Source of the DNA: an uncultured Cellvibrionales bacterium
GTDB lineage: Bacteria > Pseudomonadota > Gammaproteobacteria > Pseudomonadales > UBA7239
Length of the DNA: 41,226 bases
Assembly (NCBI GenBank): GCA_937864065.1
Contig: CALMIC010000276.1
Coordinates: 1-41,226, forward strand
Direction: 5' to 3'
Each line of letters starts with the position of its first letter. Position 1 is the first letter of the stretch. The notes below the pieces were generated by a model. It searched no databases. It saw only the letters and a program-made list of their open reading frames with translations, and was not told where the DNA came from. Below are positions 28,529 through 39,943 of this stretch, in pieces. A program made the translations under genes and the position numbers.

Positions 28529-29239
28529 TCATTCCTGCAGGCTGAACTGGATCGGTACTTCCACCCAGCTCGCCACCGCTGTCTCACCCTGCCGGGCGGG
28601 GACAAAACGCCATTCTGCCGCTGCCTTGCTGGCAGCCTCGTCCAGCCGCGCAAAGCCGGACGACTTCTTCACCTCGACGGCCAACGGCTTGCCGTCGGCC
28701 GACACCTGCACCCGCAACAGTACCTTGCCCTGTTCCCCGAGCCGGCGCGACAGTGGCGGGTAACCCGGCGCTGGGTTGTTCAGGTAAGCCGCGTCGTAGC
28801 GGGCTGCCGTGACCGGTGCCGGCGCCGGTGGTGCGGCAGACGGCGCTGCCGCACTGGCTGCCGGGGCTGGCGCTGCGGGCGCCTGCTCGACCTGGGGCTT
28901 CGTGACCGGCTTCGGCGGTTGCACCTTCTTCGGCGGTTTCTTCACCACCTTGTGCTGCTCGGCCATCTCATCAGGGCGCAAGGACTCAGGCTGCGGCGGC
29001 TCAGGTGGTGGCGGCACTGCCATCGCTGGTTGCTGCACCTGCTCACCGGCCGGCGGTGCAAGCGTCAGCAGATCCACCGTCACCGTTTGCTCTACCCCCA
29101 ACACCAGCGGCACGGGCGCGGGGCGAGACAGCCACCAGACCAGTGCGCCAGCATGCAGGCCAGCCGACAACAGCACTCCGACCAGCACAGCCAACTGGCT
29201 GCGGGTGGCGGGCGACCTGTCAACCGGAAAACCTTGCAA
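28529..29239 (-). CDS. tonB: Energy transducer TonB
   Basis: TTG start; TM segment with S..LH; Pro-rich spacer; C-terminal YLNNPAPGYP...GEQGKVLLRV...SSGFARLD...WRFVPA. Confidence 0.95.
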   Translation of the reverse strand: MQGFPVDRSPATRSQLAVLVGVLLSAGLHAGALVWWLSRPAPVPLVLGVEQTVTVDLLTLAPPAGEQVQQPAMAVPPPPEPPQPESLRPDEMAEQHKVVKKPPKKVQPPKPVTKPQVEQAPAAPAPAASAAAPSAAPPAPAPVTAARYDAAYLNNPAPGYPPLSRRLGEQGKVLLRVQVSADGKPLAVEVKKSSGFARLDEAASKAAAEWRFVPARQGETAVASWVEVPIQFSLQE

Positions 29240-29266
29240 AACAACTGAACCTCAATCAATAAGAAC

Positions 29267-29296
29267 GATAATAATTATCATTAGCGAAAAAATCAA
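29267..29296 (-). promoter_or_regulatory. Fur box and sigma70 promoter of the tonB-exbB-exbD-hemP operon
   Basis: GATAATAATTATCATTAGC (29267-29285) is a 16/19 match to the Fur consensus and overlaps a minus-strand TTGATT-17 nt-TATTAT promoter. Confidence 0.88.
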
Positions 29297-30231
29297 GCAT
29301 CCCACCACGCCGAGATGGCGGCGACACCAAATCCGCCATGCACCTTGACGGCGGCGAGGTCAGTATCCGACAGCCCGCCCAAGGCATACACCGGCACCGG
29401 GCAATGCTGCAACAGGGCATGCAGGTCGTCCCAGCCCAGCACCGGTTCGCCGGGGTGGCTGGCCGTCGGCAACACCGGCGACAGGGTCACATAGTCCACC
29501 CCGAGGCCCAAGGCATGGTCAATCTCCTGCCGGTTGTGGCAGGAAGCACCAAACAGCCGACCGTCCGACACCGGCCGTTCGCGGCATTGCAGCAATCGGC
29601 CGGAAGTGAGGTGCAAACCGTCGGCCGCGCCGAGCGCCTGGCCTGCCGGGGCATTCAACAGCAACAGCGCGCCATGGGCGGAGCATACAGGCTGCAAGGC
29701 GGCGGCACAGGCGACAAATTGTCGCTCCGCCAAGCCGTGCGCCCGCAGCAATACGCCGCCGATCGCGTGCACGGCCAGTGCCCGGCTGACCCGCTGCACA
29801 CAGTCATCCACCGAGGCAAAGTCCCCAGTGACCAGCAGGCGCTCCGGCAGGCGCAAGGCGGTAATGATCGCGCGGTTGGCTGCGGGGAAGTCGTAGCTGC
29901 CGAGTGCCGCAAGCGGCACCCAGCGCAGCGGCTGGCCCTCGCAGCCCTGCGGCGTGCCGGCAAACGCAGTGACGCGCCAGACGTCGAGCAACACCTGCTT
30001 GTCGGGATACTGGAAAGGGATCTGCAACAGGGGTTCGGCTGCCTGCACGTCAAGCGCGATCTCCTCACGGATCTCGCGCTGCAGGGCCTGCATGACGGTT
30101 TCACCGGCCTCGACCTTGCCGCCGGGAAACTCCCACAGGCCGCCCTGGTGCTGGTGCTCGGCACGGCGCGCGACCAGCACCTCGCCGCGGTCATTCTCGA
30201 TGACAGCAACGGCGACGTGGACGCGTTTCAT
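29293..30231 (-). CDS. mutT: 8-oxo-dGTP diphosphatase MutT fused to a thiamine-phosphate-synthase-like domain
   Basis: Nudix box WEFPGGKVEAGE....ALQREIREE; C-terminal ASCH, SPVLPTASHP and PVYALGG TIM-barrel motifs; secA-argJ-mutT order. Confidence 0.93.
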   Translation of the reverse strand: MKRVHVAVAVIENDRGEVLVARRAEHQHQGGLWEFPGGKVEAGETVMQALQREIREEIALDVQAAEPLLQIPFQYPDKQVLLDVWRVTAFAGTPQGCEGQPLRWVPLAALGSYDFPAANRAIITALRLPERLLVTGDFASVDDCVQRVSRALAVHAIGGVLLRAHGLAERQFVACAAALQPVCSAHGALLLLNAPAGQALGAADGLHLTSGRLLQCRERPVSDGRLFGASCHNRQEIDHALGLGVDYVTLSPVLPTASHPGEPVLGWDDLHALLQHCPVPVYALGGLSDTDLAAVKVHGGFGVAAISAWWDA

Positions 30232-30243
30232 GAGGCGGGGATG

Positions 30244-31458
30244 TCAGGTACGGTATTCAGCGTTGATGGTGACGTAGTCGTGCGAGAAATCGCAGGTCCA
30301 CACGGTCTCGCTCGCCTCACCGCGCGCCAGCTCGACGCGGATGGTGATCTCCTCCGGCGCCATCGCCTGCTGGCCCTGCGCCTCGGTATAGGCTGCGGCA
30401 CGGCCACCGCGTTCAACGATCTGCACGCCGTTAAGGAAGATGTCGATGCGCGATGTATCGAGTGCCGGGATACCGCTGCGGCCGATCGCCGCGAGCAGGC
30501 GACCCCAGTTCGGGTCGGAGGCGAACAGCGCGGTCTTGACCAGCGGGGATTCAGCAATCGCATAGGCAGCGCGCAGGCATTCATCGCTGTTGCCGCCACC
30601 ATGGATTTGCACGGTCACGAATTTGGTCGCACCTTCACCGTCGCGCACAATCGCCTGCGCCAGCTCAACGAACAGTTCGCGCACGGCTTGCGCAAATGCC
30701 GGCCAATGCGGCGAGGCCGGTGACAGCACACAGCCGGACTGGCCCGTAGCGGCCAGCATACAGGCATCGTTGGTCGATGTGTCGCCATCCACCGTGATGC
30801 GGTTGAACGACTGGTCAGCGACGAGACTGAGCAGATCCTGCAAATCACTTTGTGCGACCCGGGCATCGGTGGCGGCAAAGCCGAGCATCGTCGCCATGTT
30901 CGGCTTGATCATGCCGGCTCCCTTGCTGATGCCGGTGATCGTCACGGCCTTGCCGTCGATGAGCAGTTGCCGCGATGCACCTTTCGGACGCGTGTCGGTG
31001 GTCATGATGCCTTCGGCCGCCCGCAACCAGTGGTCGGCTGCGAGGTCGGCGATAGCTGCCGGCATGCCAGCAGTCAGGCGCTCCATCGGCAGCAATTCAC
31101 CGATGACGCCGGTCGAGAATGGCAGTACGGCACTGGCAGGTACGCTGGCCAGCTGCGCCAGCGACGCACAGCTCTGGCGCGCATCAACCATGCCCTGCTC
31201 GCCAGTGCCGGCATTGGCACAGCCGGTATTGACCAGCCAGTATCGGCAAGTCGCTGCAGCCAGGTGTTCGCGCGCAACATGCACCGGCGCAGCACAGAAC
31301 GCATTGGTGGTGAACACGGCGGCCACGCTGCTGCCTTCGGCCAGTTCGAAAACGACGAGGTCCTTGCGGTTGGCCTTGCGGATGCCGGCTTCAGCCACGC
31401 CGATACGCACGCCGGCAACCGGCAACAATGCGGAGGTAATGCCCTTGCCTACTGCCAT
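30244..31458 (-). CDS. argJ: Bifunctional glutamate N-acetyltransferase / amino-acid acetyltransferase ArgJ
   Basis: [26 protein letters not shown] (autocleavage site), [15 protein letters not shown] and DPNWGR motifs. Confidence 0.98.
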   Translation of the reverse strand: MAVGKGITSALLPVAGVRIGVAEAGIRKANRKDLVVFELAEGSSVAAVFTTNAFCAAPVHVAREHLAAATCRYWLVNTGCANAGTGEQGMVDARQSCASLAQLASVPASAVLPFSTGVIGELLPMERLTAGMPAAIADLAADHWLRAAEGIMTTDTRPKGASRQLLIDGKAVTITGISKGAGMIKPNMATMLGFAATDARVAQSDLQDLLSLVADQSFNRITVDGDTSTNDACMLAATGQSGCVLSPASPHWPAFAQAVRELFVELAQAIVRDGEGATKFVTVQIHGGGNSDECLRAAYAIAESPLVKTALFASDPNWGRLLAAIGRSGIPALDTSRIDIFLNGVQIVERGGRAAAYTEAQGQQAMAPEEITIRVELARGEASETVWTCDFSHDYVTINAEYRT

Positions 31459-31470
31459 GACGTCAACGCC

Positions 31471-34185
<2,715 letters not shown>

Positions 34186-34227
34186 GGTCGCGTCACACTA
34201 CATAGGGGTCGCGGAATATCGCATAAT

Positions 34228-35952
34228 TCAATGTTCCACGCCACCGCAGAGCAGCTCTCCACGGCGCAGCAACACCAGCCCGGCAGGCTCTGCCGCCATG
34301 CGCGCCACGCCATAGGCGTTGTCGCTGTCTCGCAACAGGCCGCTGGCCCGCGGCAGCAGGCTGTGGCGCACCGGCTGCAGCAGGCCGCGCACGATGCCAT
34401 CGCCGTCGACGAGCAGCCCGGCATCCCAGCCTGGCTCCTGCACATCGGCCTGCCAGCGCCAGCCCACGACCTGCTGCGGGCTCCCCAGCGGCAACTGCCA
34501 GGCCTCTGTCCCTGCTATGGAGCGGACGTCGAGCAGGTCAGCGGCCCGCACCGGTTGCTGGCCCAGCAATGCCCAGTGGCAGGCAGGCAAGCCGGCCAGC
34601 GACGGCACCGGCTTGCCCAGGTAACTGACCGCGCCGTCGGCATAGATATTCAGCTGATGCTCGCGCAGGTAGTCGAGCATCGGGAACAGGTGCACCAGCT
34701 TGTTCTGCCAGTTCCAGTGCAGCGCGCGCTCCGCATCCTCCGCTACCGGCAGGTAGACGCGGTAGGCCAGCAAGGCGTTGTCGACCCGGGTGCGATACTC
34801 GGCCAGCCGCGCGCCCCAGTCGAGCTGCGACGGCAACGCCAGCAGCGGGAACAGCAGGAACAGCGCACACCAACGGCGGGCAGCAGCCGGCGCGGCGCGG
34901 CGGAACAGCAACAGCGCGACACCGAGCCAGGCCAGCAGGCCCCAGACCTGGAACCGGTCAACGGCCGGATCCAGCACACCTTCCACCCGCGTCAGTGCCA
35001 GCATCACACTGGTGCCATAGCCCGTCAGCACCAGCGCCACGGCAAGGGCATCGAGCCGGTCGGCCGGTGGCCGCTGCCGCAGGCGTTGCCACAGCAAACC
35101 GCTGGCGACGGCCGTCACCAGCAGGCCGAAGCCCGTCATCAACCCCTGCAAGGCCGCTTCCGGCAGCACCCGCCACGACCGCAGCAGGTGGTACAGCGGG
35201 CCGCCGGCCACCTCAAGCGGGAACTGCACGATATGCCAACCGTTGAACTGCAGGGTGGCCCCGACGGCACTGCCACCAGGCAGCAACAGGTACAGCAGCA
35301 GGAACAACAAGGCGCCGCCGGCAAAGGTGGCCATGAAAGGCGATGGCGCGCGCCACAGCCACAAGCTGAGCAGGCACACAGGCCAGACCAGGATGCCGTT
35401 GCCGAAACTGAACGTGGCCAGGCCGGCCAGCGCAAATGCCAATGCGGTGTCACGCACGCGATGCATAGGCTCATGCACGGCGCGATGCAACACCACTACC
35501 GCCAGCAGGCTGTTGACGATCGACAGGTAGTTGTTGATGCCGTTGAAACCCCAGCCCAGCAAGGCGATGTTGAGCAACCAGCACAACAACAGGATGACCC
35601 AGCCAACGAGCAGGGTGCGGGACTGTGACCGGGGCAGGCAGCTGCGCACCTGCGTGACAATGATGGCGATGAAAGCAAGGTTCAGCAGCCAGTCGACGGC
35701 GATGAGGAAATGGTTCTTCCCGCCGAAGTGGTGCAGATCAATGTCATACAACAGGAAGGCCAGCAGGTGGCGATGGCCCGACACGGTGGTGGTCGAGGTG
35801 CGCCAGAGTCCCTGCTCGACCAGCGCGTGCAGCATGTGCCACTGGTCGCGCGACAGCGGCGAGACATGGTGAAAGACAATGTAGTAGGCGGTGATCGCCA
35901 GGAACAGCGCACTGGCAAGCCACCAGCCGGCGATGGCGAAAGGGTGCCTCAT
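34228..35952 (-). CDS. Polytopic membrane protein, possibly GT-C fold glycosyltransferase-like
   Basis: Start ATG 35952 overlaps the upstream stop (ATGA). About 11-12 hydrophobic segments, first-loop motifs DQW and GHRH, ATFSFGNGILVWP, and a soluble C-terminal domain. Confidence 0.6.
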   Translation of the reverse strand: MRHPFAIAGWWLASALFLAITAYYIVFHHVSPLSRDQWHMLHALVEQGLWRTSTTTVSGHRHLLAFLLYDIDLHHFGGKNHFLIAVDWLLNLAFIAIIVTQVRSCLPRSQSRTLLVGWVILLLCWLLNIALLGWGFNGINNYLSIVNSLLAVVVLHRAVHEPMHRVRDTALAFALAGLATFSFGNGILVWPVCLLSLWLWRAPSPFMATFAGGALLFLLLYLLLPGGSAVGATLQFNGWHIVQFPLEVAGGPLYHLLRSWRVLPEAALQGLMTGFGLLVTAVASGLLWQRLRQRPPADRLDALAVALVLTGYGTSVMLALTRVEGVLDPAVDRFQVWGLLAWLGVALLLFRRAAPAAARRWCALFLLFPLLALPSQLDWGARLAEYRTRVDNALLAYRVYLPVAEDAERALHWNWQNKLVHLFPMLDYLREHQLNIYADGAVSYLGKPVPSLAGLPACHWALLGQQPVRAADLLDVRSIAGTEAWQLPLGSPQQVVGWRWQADVQEPGWDAGLLVDGDGIVRGLLQPVRHSLLPRASGLLRDSDNAYGVARMAAEPAGLVLLRRGELLCGGVEH

Positions 35953-36971
35953 TCGCGACTGAACCAGTTCAGTGACTTGCGCCAACTGCCGAGCAGCGCG
36001 TTTTCCGGGATGATGGCGACCATGTCGCGCAAGGCGTCGTCAAGATCCCCGCCCTGGACATGCAGTTGCGCCTTGGTTGCCGCGCTATCGATGAAAATCT
36101 CTCGGAACAGCAGCTCGGCCATACCGTTCAGCTCGATGCCGACCTGCTTGCCGAACAGTACCCCGACGAAATGCCCCAGCGCGGTGATATCGCGGAAGAC
36201 ACCGTCACTGACTGGCAGCACGCGGCAATCCTTGCGCCCCACAATGGGACACAGGCGCTGCATCAGTTGCACGTAGGTGAGGTTCTCATCGCCGACCGGC
36301 AGCGACACACTGTGCTGCGGATAACGCAAGGCACCGACCACAGCCTGCGCCAGCGCCTGCACCGACAGCATGCTGGCGCCGCCGCGGATGCACATCAGCG
36401 GCGTGCCGGCACGCACGTAGTTCACCAGCGCGGACCATTGCGACTCGCGGTGCGGTGCCGCACCGAACACCCATGGCACATGCAGGGTCACCAGCACGGT
36501 GTCGCTGTTGCTCACGGCAGCGTGTGAGACGCGATCCTGTTCGACCCGCGAACGGATGTACGGGTGCCGCTTGGCCAGGGCCAGCGCGGGCTCCTCACGG
36601 TCGAGCCAGGCAAAGATCGAGTTCAGCAGCACGGCACGGCGCACGCCCGCTTCGGCCGCTGCGGCAAACAACGCCGCACAAGGACTGACATTGGCCTCAT
36701 GGAAAAACGTGTCGGCATCGCCGCGCACCTCGCTGCGCTCGTCGGCACCGGCGGCAAACACCACGCCATCCACACCGCGCAACAGTCCGGCGTAATCAGC
36801 CGCTTGCAACTGGCCGACGTCACCGGCCAGCGCCTCGACGCCGTCCCCGAACAGTTCGCCAACGCCAGCTGTATCCCGGCATAGCACGGCGACATCGTCA
36901 CCCTGTGCCTGCAATGCCCGCACGATGTGATAGCCGATAAAACCGGTGCCGCCGATGACCAGTACGCGCAT
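35949..36971 (-). CDS. NAD-dependent epimerase/dehydratase family (extended/atypical SDR)
   Basis: GGTGFIG Rossmann motif, VVFAAG, EANV, YxxxR (YIRSR) and WVFG. Confidence 0.85.
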   Translation of the reverse strand: MRVLVIGGTGFIGYHIVRALQAQGDDVAVLCRDTAGVGELFGDGVEALAGDVGQLQAADYAGLLRGVDGVVFAAGADERSEVRGDADTFFHEANVSPCAALFAAAAEAGVRRAVLLNSIFAWLDREEPALALAKRHPYIRSRVEQDRVSHAAVSNSDTVLVTLHVPWVFGAAPHRESQWSALVNYVRAGTPLMCIRGGASMLSVQALAQAVVGALRYPQHSVSLPVGDENLTYVQLMQRLCPIVGRKDCRVLPVSDGVFRDITALGHFVGVLFGKQVGIELNGMAELLFREIFIDSAATKAQLHVQGGDLDDALRDMVAIIPENALLGSWRKSLNWFSRE

Positions 36972-37081
36972 GATTCGCCTGCCCCAATGATGGCGGCAGT
37001 ATAAGCGATGCCCCCGGTTGCACGGCCGGCAACGGCACGGAAGAATGGCAGCTTCACCGTCACCCCACCGGAAGCCCCCCT

Positions 37082-37876
37082 GTGATTTTCCTGCTCTACC
37101 TGCTGGTCGGCGTCATTGCCGGCGTCCTGGCCGGCCTGTTCGGCGTCGGTGGCGGCACCATCATCGTGCCGGCGCTGCTGCTGTGCTTCCAGTGGCAGGC
37201 CGTACCGGCCGGATTGCAGACCCACCTCGCCATCGGCACCTCGCTGGCGACAATCGTCATCACCTCCGTCAGCTCGACACTGGCGCACCACCGCGCCGGT
37301 GCCGTGCGCTGGCCCGTGGCACTCTGGCTCACACCCGGCATCGCCGCCGGCGTGTGGGCCGGCGCGTTTGTGGCTGCCGCGCTACCCGGGGAACAGCTGC
37401 AGCGGCTGTTCGGTCTGTTCGCCTGGCTGATCGCCATGCAGATGTGGTTTGGCTGGCAACCCGCCGGCCATAGCGAGGTACCGGGCAAGGGCGGCCTGAC
37501 GCTGGCCGGCGCGGTGATCGGCGGCGTGTCGGCGCTGTTCGGCATCGGTGGCGGCTCACTGACCGTGCCGTTCCTCAGCTGGTGCCGCGTGCGCATGCAG
37601 GAAGCCGTCGCCACTGCCGCGGCCTGCGGCTTTCCCATCGCGCTGGTCGGCGCACTGGGCTACGCCTACCAGGGCTGGTCACAGGCCGGGCTGCCACCGC
37701 ACTCGGCAGGGTTCGTCTACCTGCCGGCCCTGCTGGGCATCGCCATCACCAGCCTGCCCTGCGCACGCGTCGGGGCACGCCTGGCACACCGCTGGCCAGC
37801 GGCCACACTGAAAAAAGTCTTTGCCGGGTTCCTGCTGCTGATCGGCGCACTGCTGCTGGCGGGTATCGGGCATTGA
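37082..37876 (+). CDS. Sulfite exporter TauE/SafE (TSUP) family transporter
   Basis: Duplicated GLFGVGGG / ALFGIGGG motifs, AIGTSLA and about 8 TM helices; GTG start. Confidence 0.92.
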   Translation: MIFLLYLLVGVIAGVLAGLFGVGGGTIIVPALLLCFQWQAVPAGLQTHLAIGTSLATIVITSVSSTLAHHRAGAVRWPVALWLTPGIAAGVWAGAFVAAALPGEQLQRLFGLFAWLIAMQMWFGWQPAGHSEVPGKGGLTLAGAVIGGVSALFGIGGGSLTVPFLSWCRVRMQEAVATAAACGFPIALVGALGYAYQGWSQAGLPPHSAGFVYLPALLGIAITSLPCARVGARLAHRWPAATLKKVFAGFLLLIGALLLAGIGH

Positions 37877-37961
37877 CAGCAAGTCTTTGACTTTTGTCCT
37901 GTGCAGATGCGCTCTGAACAGCCACAATGGAATAACAATATCTACCAGGAGCACACCTGCC

Positions 37962-38357
37962 ATGACCGCATCAATCACCCGCAAGCCATACCTCGCCGCG
38001 GCAATAACGATCACCCTGGGGCTGGCGGGCTGCGCGTCTGATGTCAAACCGCAATATGTCTCGCCAGCGCAATACCAGTCCTTCAGCTGCGACCAGCTGC
38101 ACAGCGAGTATGACCGCATCACCCGCTACATCGAGGGCGGTGTCAGCACACCGTCGTCCACCAGTGTCGGCGTCGGTGTCGGCGGCGGTATCAGCAGTGG
38201 CGGCTGGGGCTTCGGGCCCAGTGTGTCGATCGGTGTCGGCCAGGCGCGCCGCGCCAGGCAGGCGGAACTGGCCCGTGTGCTAGGCGAACAGGAAGCTATT
38301 GCCATCGCGGCCGGGAACAAGGGCTGCCCGATCGCCGCTGCGCGCAAGCCGCGCTGA
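37962..38357 (+). CDS. Hypothetical lipoprotein
   Basis: ATG 37962 after AGGAG; lipobox LAGC; YVSP.QY...SCDQL..E motif, Gly-rich segment and C-terminal KGC. Confidence 0.8.
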   Translation: MTASITRKPYLAAAITITLGLAGCASDVKPQYVSPAQYQSFSCDQLHSEYDRITRYIEGGVSTPSSTSVGVGVGGGISSGGWGFGPSVSIGVGQARRARQAELARVLGEQEAIAIAAGNKGCPIAAARKPR

Positions 38358-38389
38358 ACCCGGCACATCAACAGACCGGGGTGCCCGCC

Positions 38390-39931
38390 ATGAAAAACGC
38401 CATTGCTATTGCCAGCTTATGCCTGTTGCCGGGCATCGTGCTCGGCAGCACTGCCAACCTGCGCAGTGACTTCAACGCCGACGGCCAGGCTGACCAGCTG
38501 TGGCACAACACTATCAACGGCAAGAGCCAGGTCTGGTTGTCAGGCAAGGCCGGCAAGAAGTTGCCAGTAGCGCCGATGGCTGACCTGGACTGGTTCGTCG
38601 CCGGTTATGGCGACTTCAACGGTGACAACACGGCCGACATCCTCTGGCGCAATATCAGCACGGGCGCAAACACGATCTGGTTGTCTGTCAACAGCGAAAC
38701 CCCGCAAGCCGTCACGACACTCGCCGGTGACAACTGGACGGTAGCAGGTATCGCTGATTTCAATGGCGATGGCAGTGACGACATCCTGTGGCACAACACG
38801 TCAAACAACAGCAGCGTGATCTGGCTCGCAGCAGACTCAGCCGCGACACAGTCCTTGGACGATATGCCATCCAGCGACTGGCATATCGTCGGCATTGGCG
38901 ACTACAACGGCGACGGCAAGGCCGACGTGCTGTGGCGCAACATGGCGAGTGGCGAGAACATCGTGTGGTATAGCGCGGACTCCGCCACGCCACTCACATT
39001 GTCCGCGCTCCCCGACCAGCACTGGCAAGTGGCGGCCAGTGCCGACTTCAATGGCGACGGCGCTGACGACATCCTCTGGTACAACAACGCCACTGGCGAA
39101 ACGGTGCTGTGGCCGTCAGCGAACCCGGCCAATGCCATCACCCTGACGACGCAAACGGACCTGGCCTGGGTCATTGCCAATGCCGCGGATTACGACGGCG
39201 ACAGCAAGGCCGACATCCTCTGGCGCAACCGGCAGAGCGGCAAGAACCTGCTGTGGTTGTCCGGTGACAGCAACACACCACTGAAACTGGCGGCGCGCTC
39301 TGCCAAAAAATGGGAAGCGAGCAGTGTGCAGAAAGTCCACCTGACCACCGCCGGCGAAATCACCTGTACCGTGAGCAAACCCTGCACACCGCAGTTGTGG
39401 CTGCACACCTGGGGTGGCTTGCCGCCCTACCATTACCAGCACGACACCTTCCGCAACGGCACCACACCCCCCGGCACCGTGATCGGTCTCGACGGGCACC
39501 TCGCCGGCACGCCGACACGCACGGGCAAATACACTTTCGGCCTCTGCGCGGTTGACCTCGGCGGCAACTTTGACTGCCAGCCAGTGCGGGTGATTGTGAA
39601 ACCGGTGCAGCTGGTGAAGATCCAGATCTATACCGACATCAAGCCGTACAACTCGATGCTCGTCACTTTCGACGACAAGGTGATCCGCGAAACCACCAGC
39701 ATAGGGGCAAACAGCACACAGGCGATACAATCGGTTGTTATCAGCACCACCGTTGGCGAGCACACGATGTGTTTCACGCCCACCGCCGACAACTATTACT
39801 GCGATACCTACTTCAACAACTGGCTGCCTTCGAAATACCACAGAGTCACACCATCGGACGTCTGCTACGGGCTCGACATCGCCTGGCAAACCGGCGTGAA
39901 GCAGTGCTGGCCTGTGACCGTGCAGCCGTAA
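38390..39931 (+). CDS. Secreted FG-GAP/VCBS-repeat beta-propeller protein with a putative Ig-like domain and a Cys-containing C-terminal domain
   Basis: Signal peptide; six D(F/Y)NGDGxxDILW repeats; GGLPPYHY...PPG......G.LAGTPT.TGKYTF...AVD resembles the putative Ig (He_PIG) pattern. Confidence 0.85.
   Translation: MKNAIAIASLCLLPGIVLGSTANLRSDFNADGQADQLWHNTINGKSQVWLSGKAGKKLPVAPMADLDWFVAGYGDFNGDNTADILWRNISTGANTIWLSVNSETPQAVTTLAGDNWTVAGIADFNGDGSDDILWHNTSNNSSVIWLAADSAATQSLDDMPSSDWHIVGIGDYNGDGKADVLWRNMASGENIVWYSADSATPLTLSALPDQHWQVAASADFNGDGADDILWYNNATGETVLWPSANPANAITLTTQTDLAWVIANAADYDGDSKADILWRNRQSGKNLLWLSGDSNTPLKLAARSAKKWEASSVQKVHLTTAGEITCTVSKPCTPQLWLHTWGGLPPYHYQHDTFRNGTTPPGTVIGLDGHLAGTPTRTGKYTFGLCAVDLGGNFDCQPVRVIVKPVQLVKIQIYTDIKPYNSMLVTFDDKVIRETTSIGANSTQAIQSVVISTTVGEHTMCFTPTADNYYCDTYFNNWLPSKYHRVTPSDVCYGLDIAWQTGVKQCWPVTVQP
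38468..39331 (+). repeat. Six intragenic tandem repeats with an exact 144-bp (48 aa) period
   Basis: The Asp codon of the DFNGDG-type motif falls at 38468, 38612, 38756, 38900, 39044 and 39188. Confidence 0.93.
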
Positions 39932-39943
39932 GCGGCGGAGCGT

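Noticed and set aside
38468-39331. Regularly spaced repeats as a possible CRISPR array
   Set aside because: The period is 144 bp and in frame, the repeats are degenerate at synonymous positions, and there are no cas genes; these are protein repeats.
39780-39931. AAC/TAC-rich 3' end of the propeller gene as a possible DGR variable region
   Set aside because: No template repeat or reverse transcriptase is in the window; Asn/Tyr codons explain the composition.
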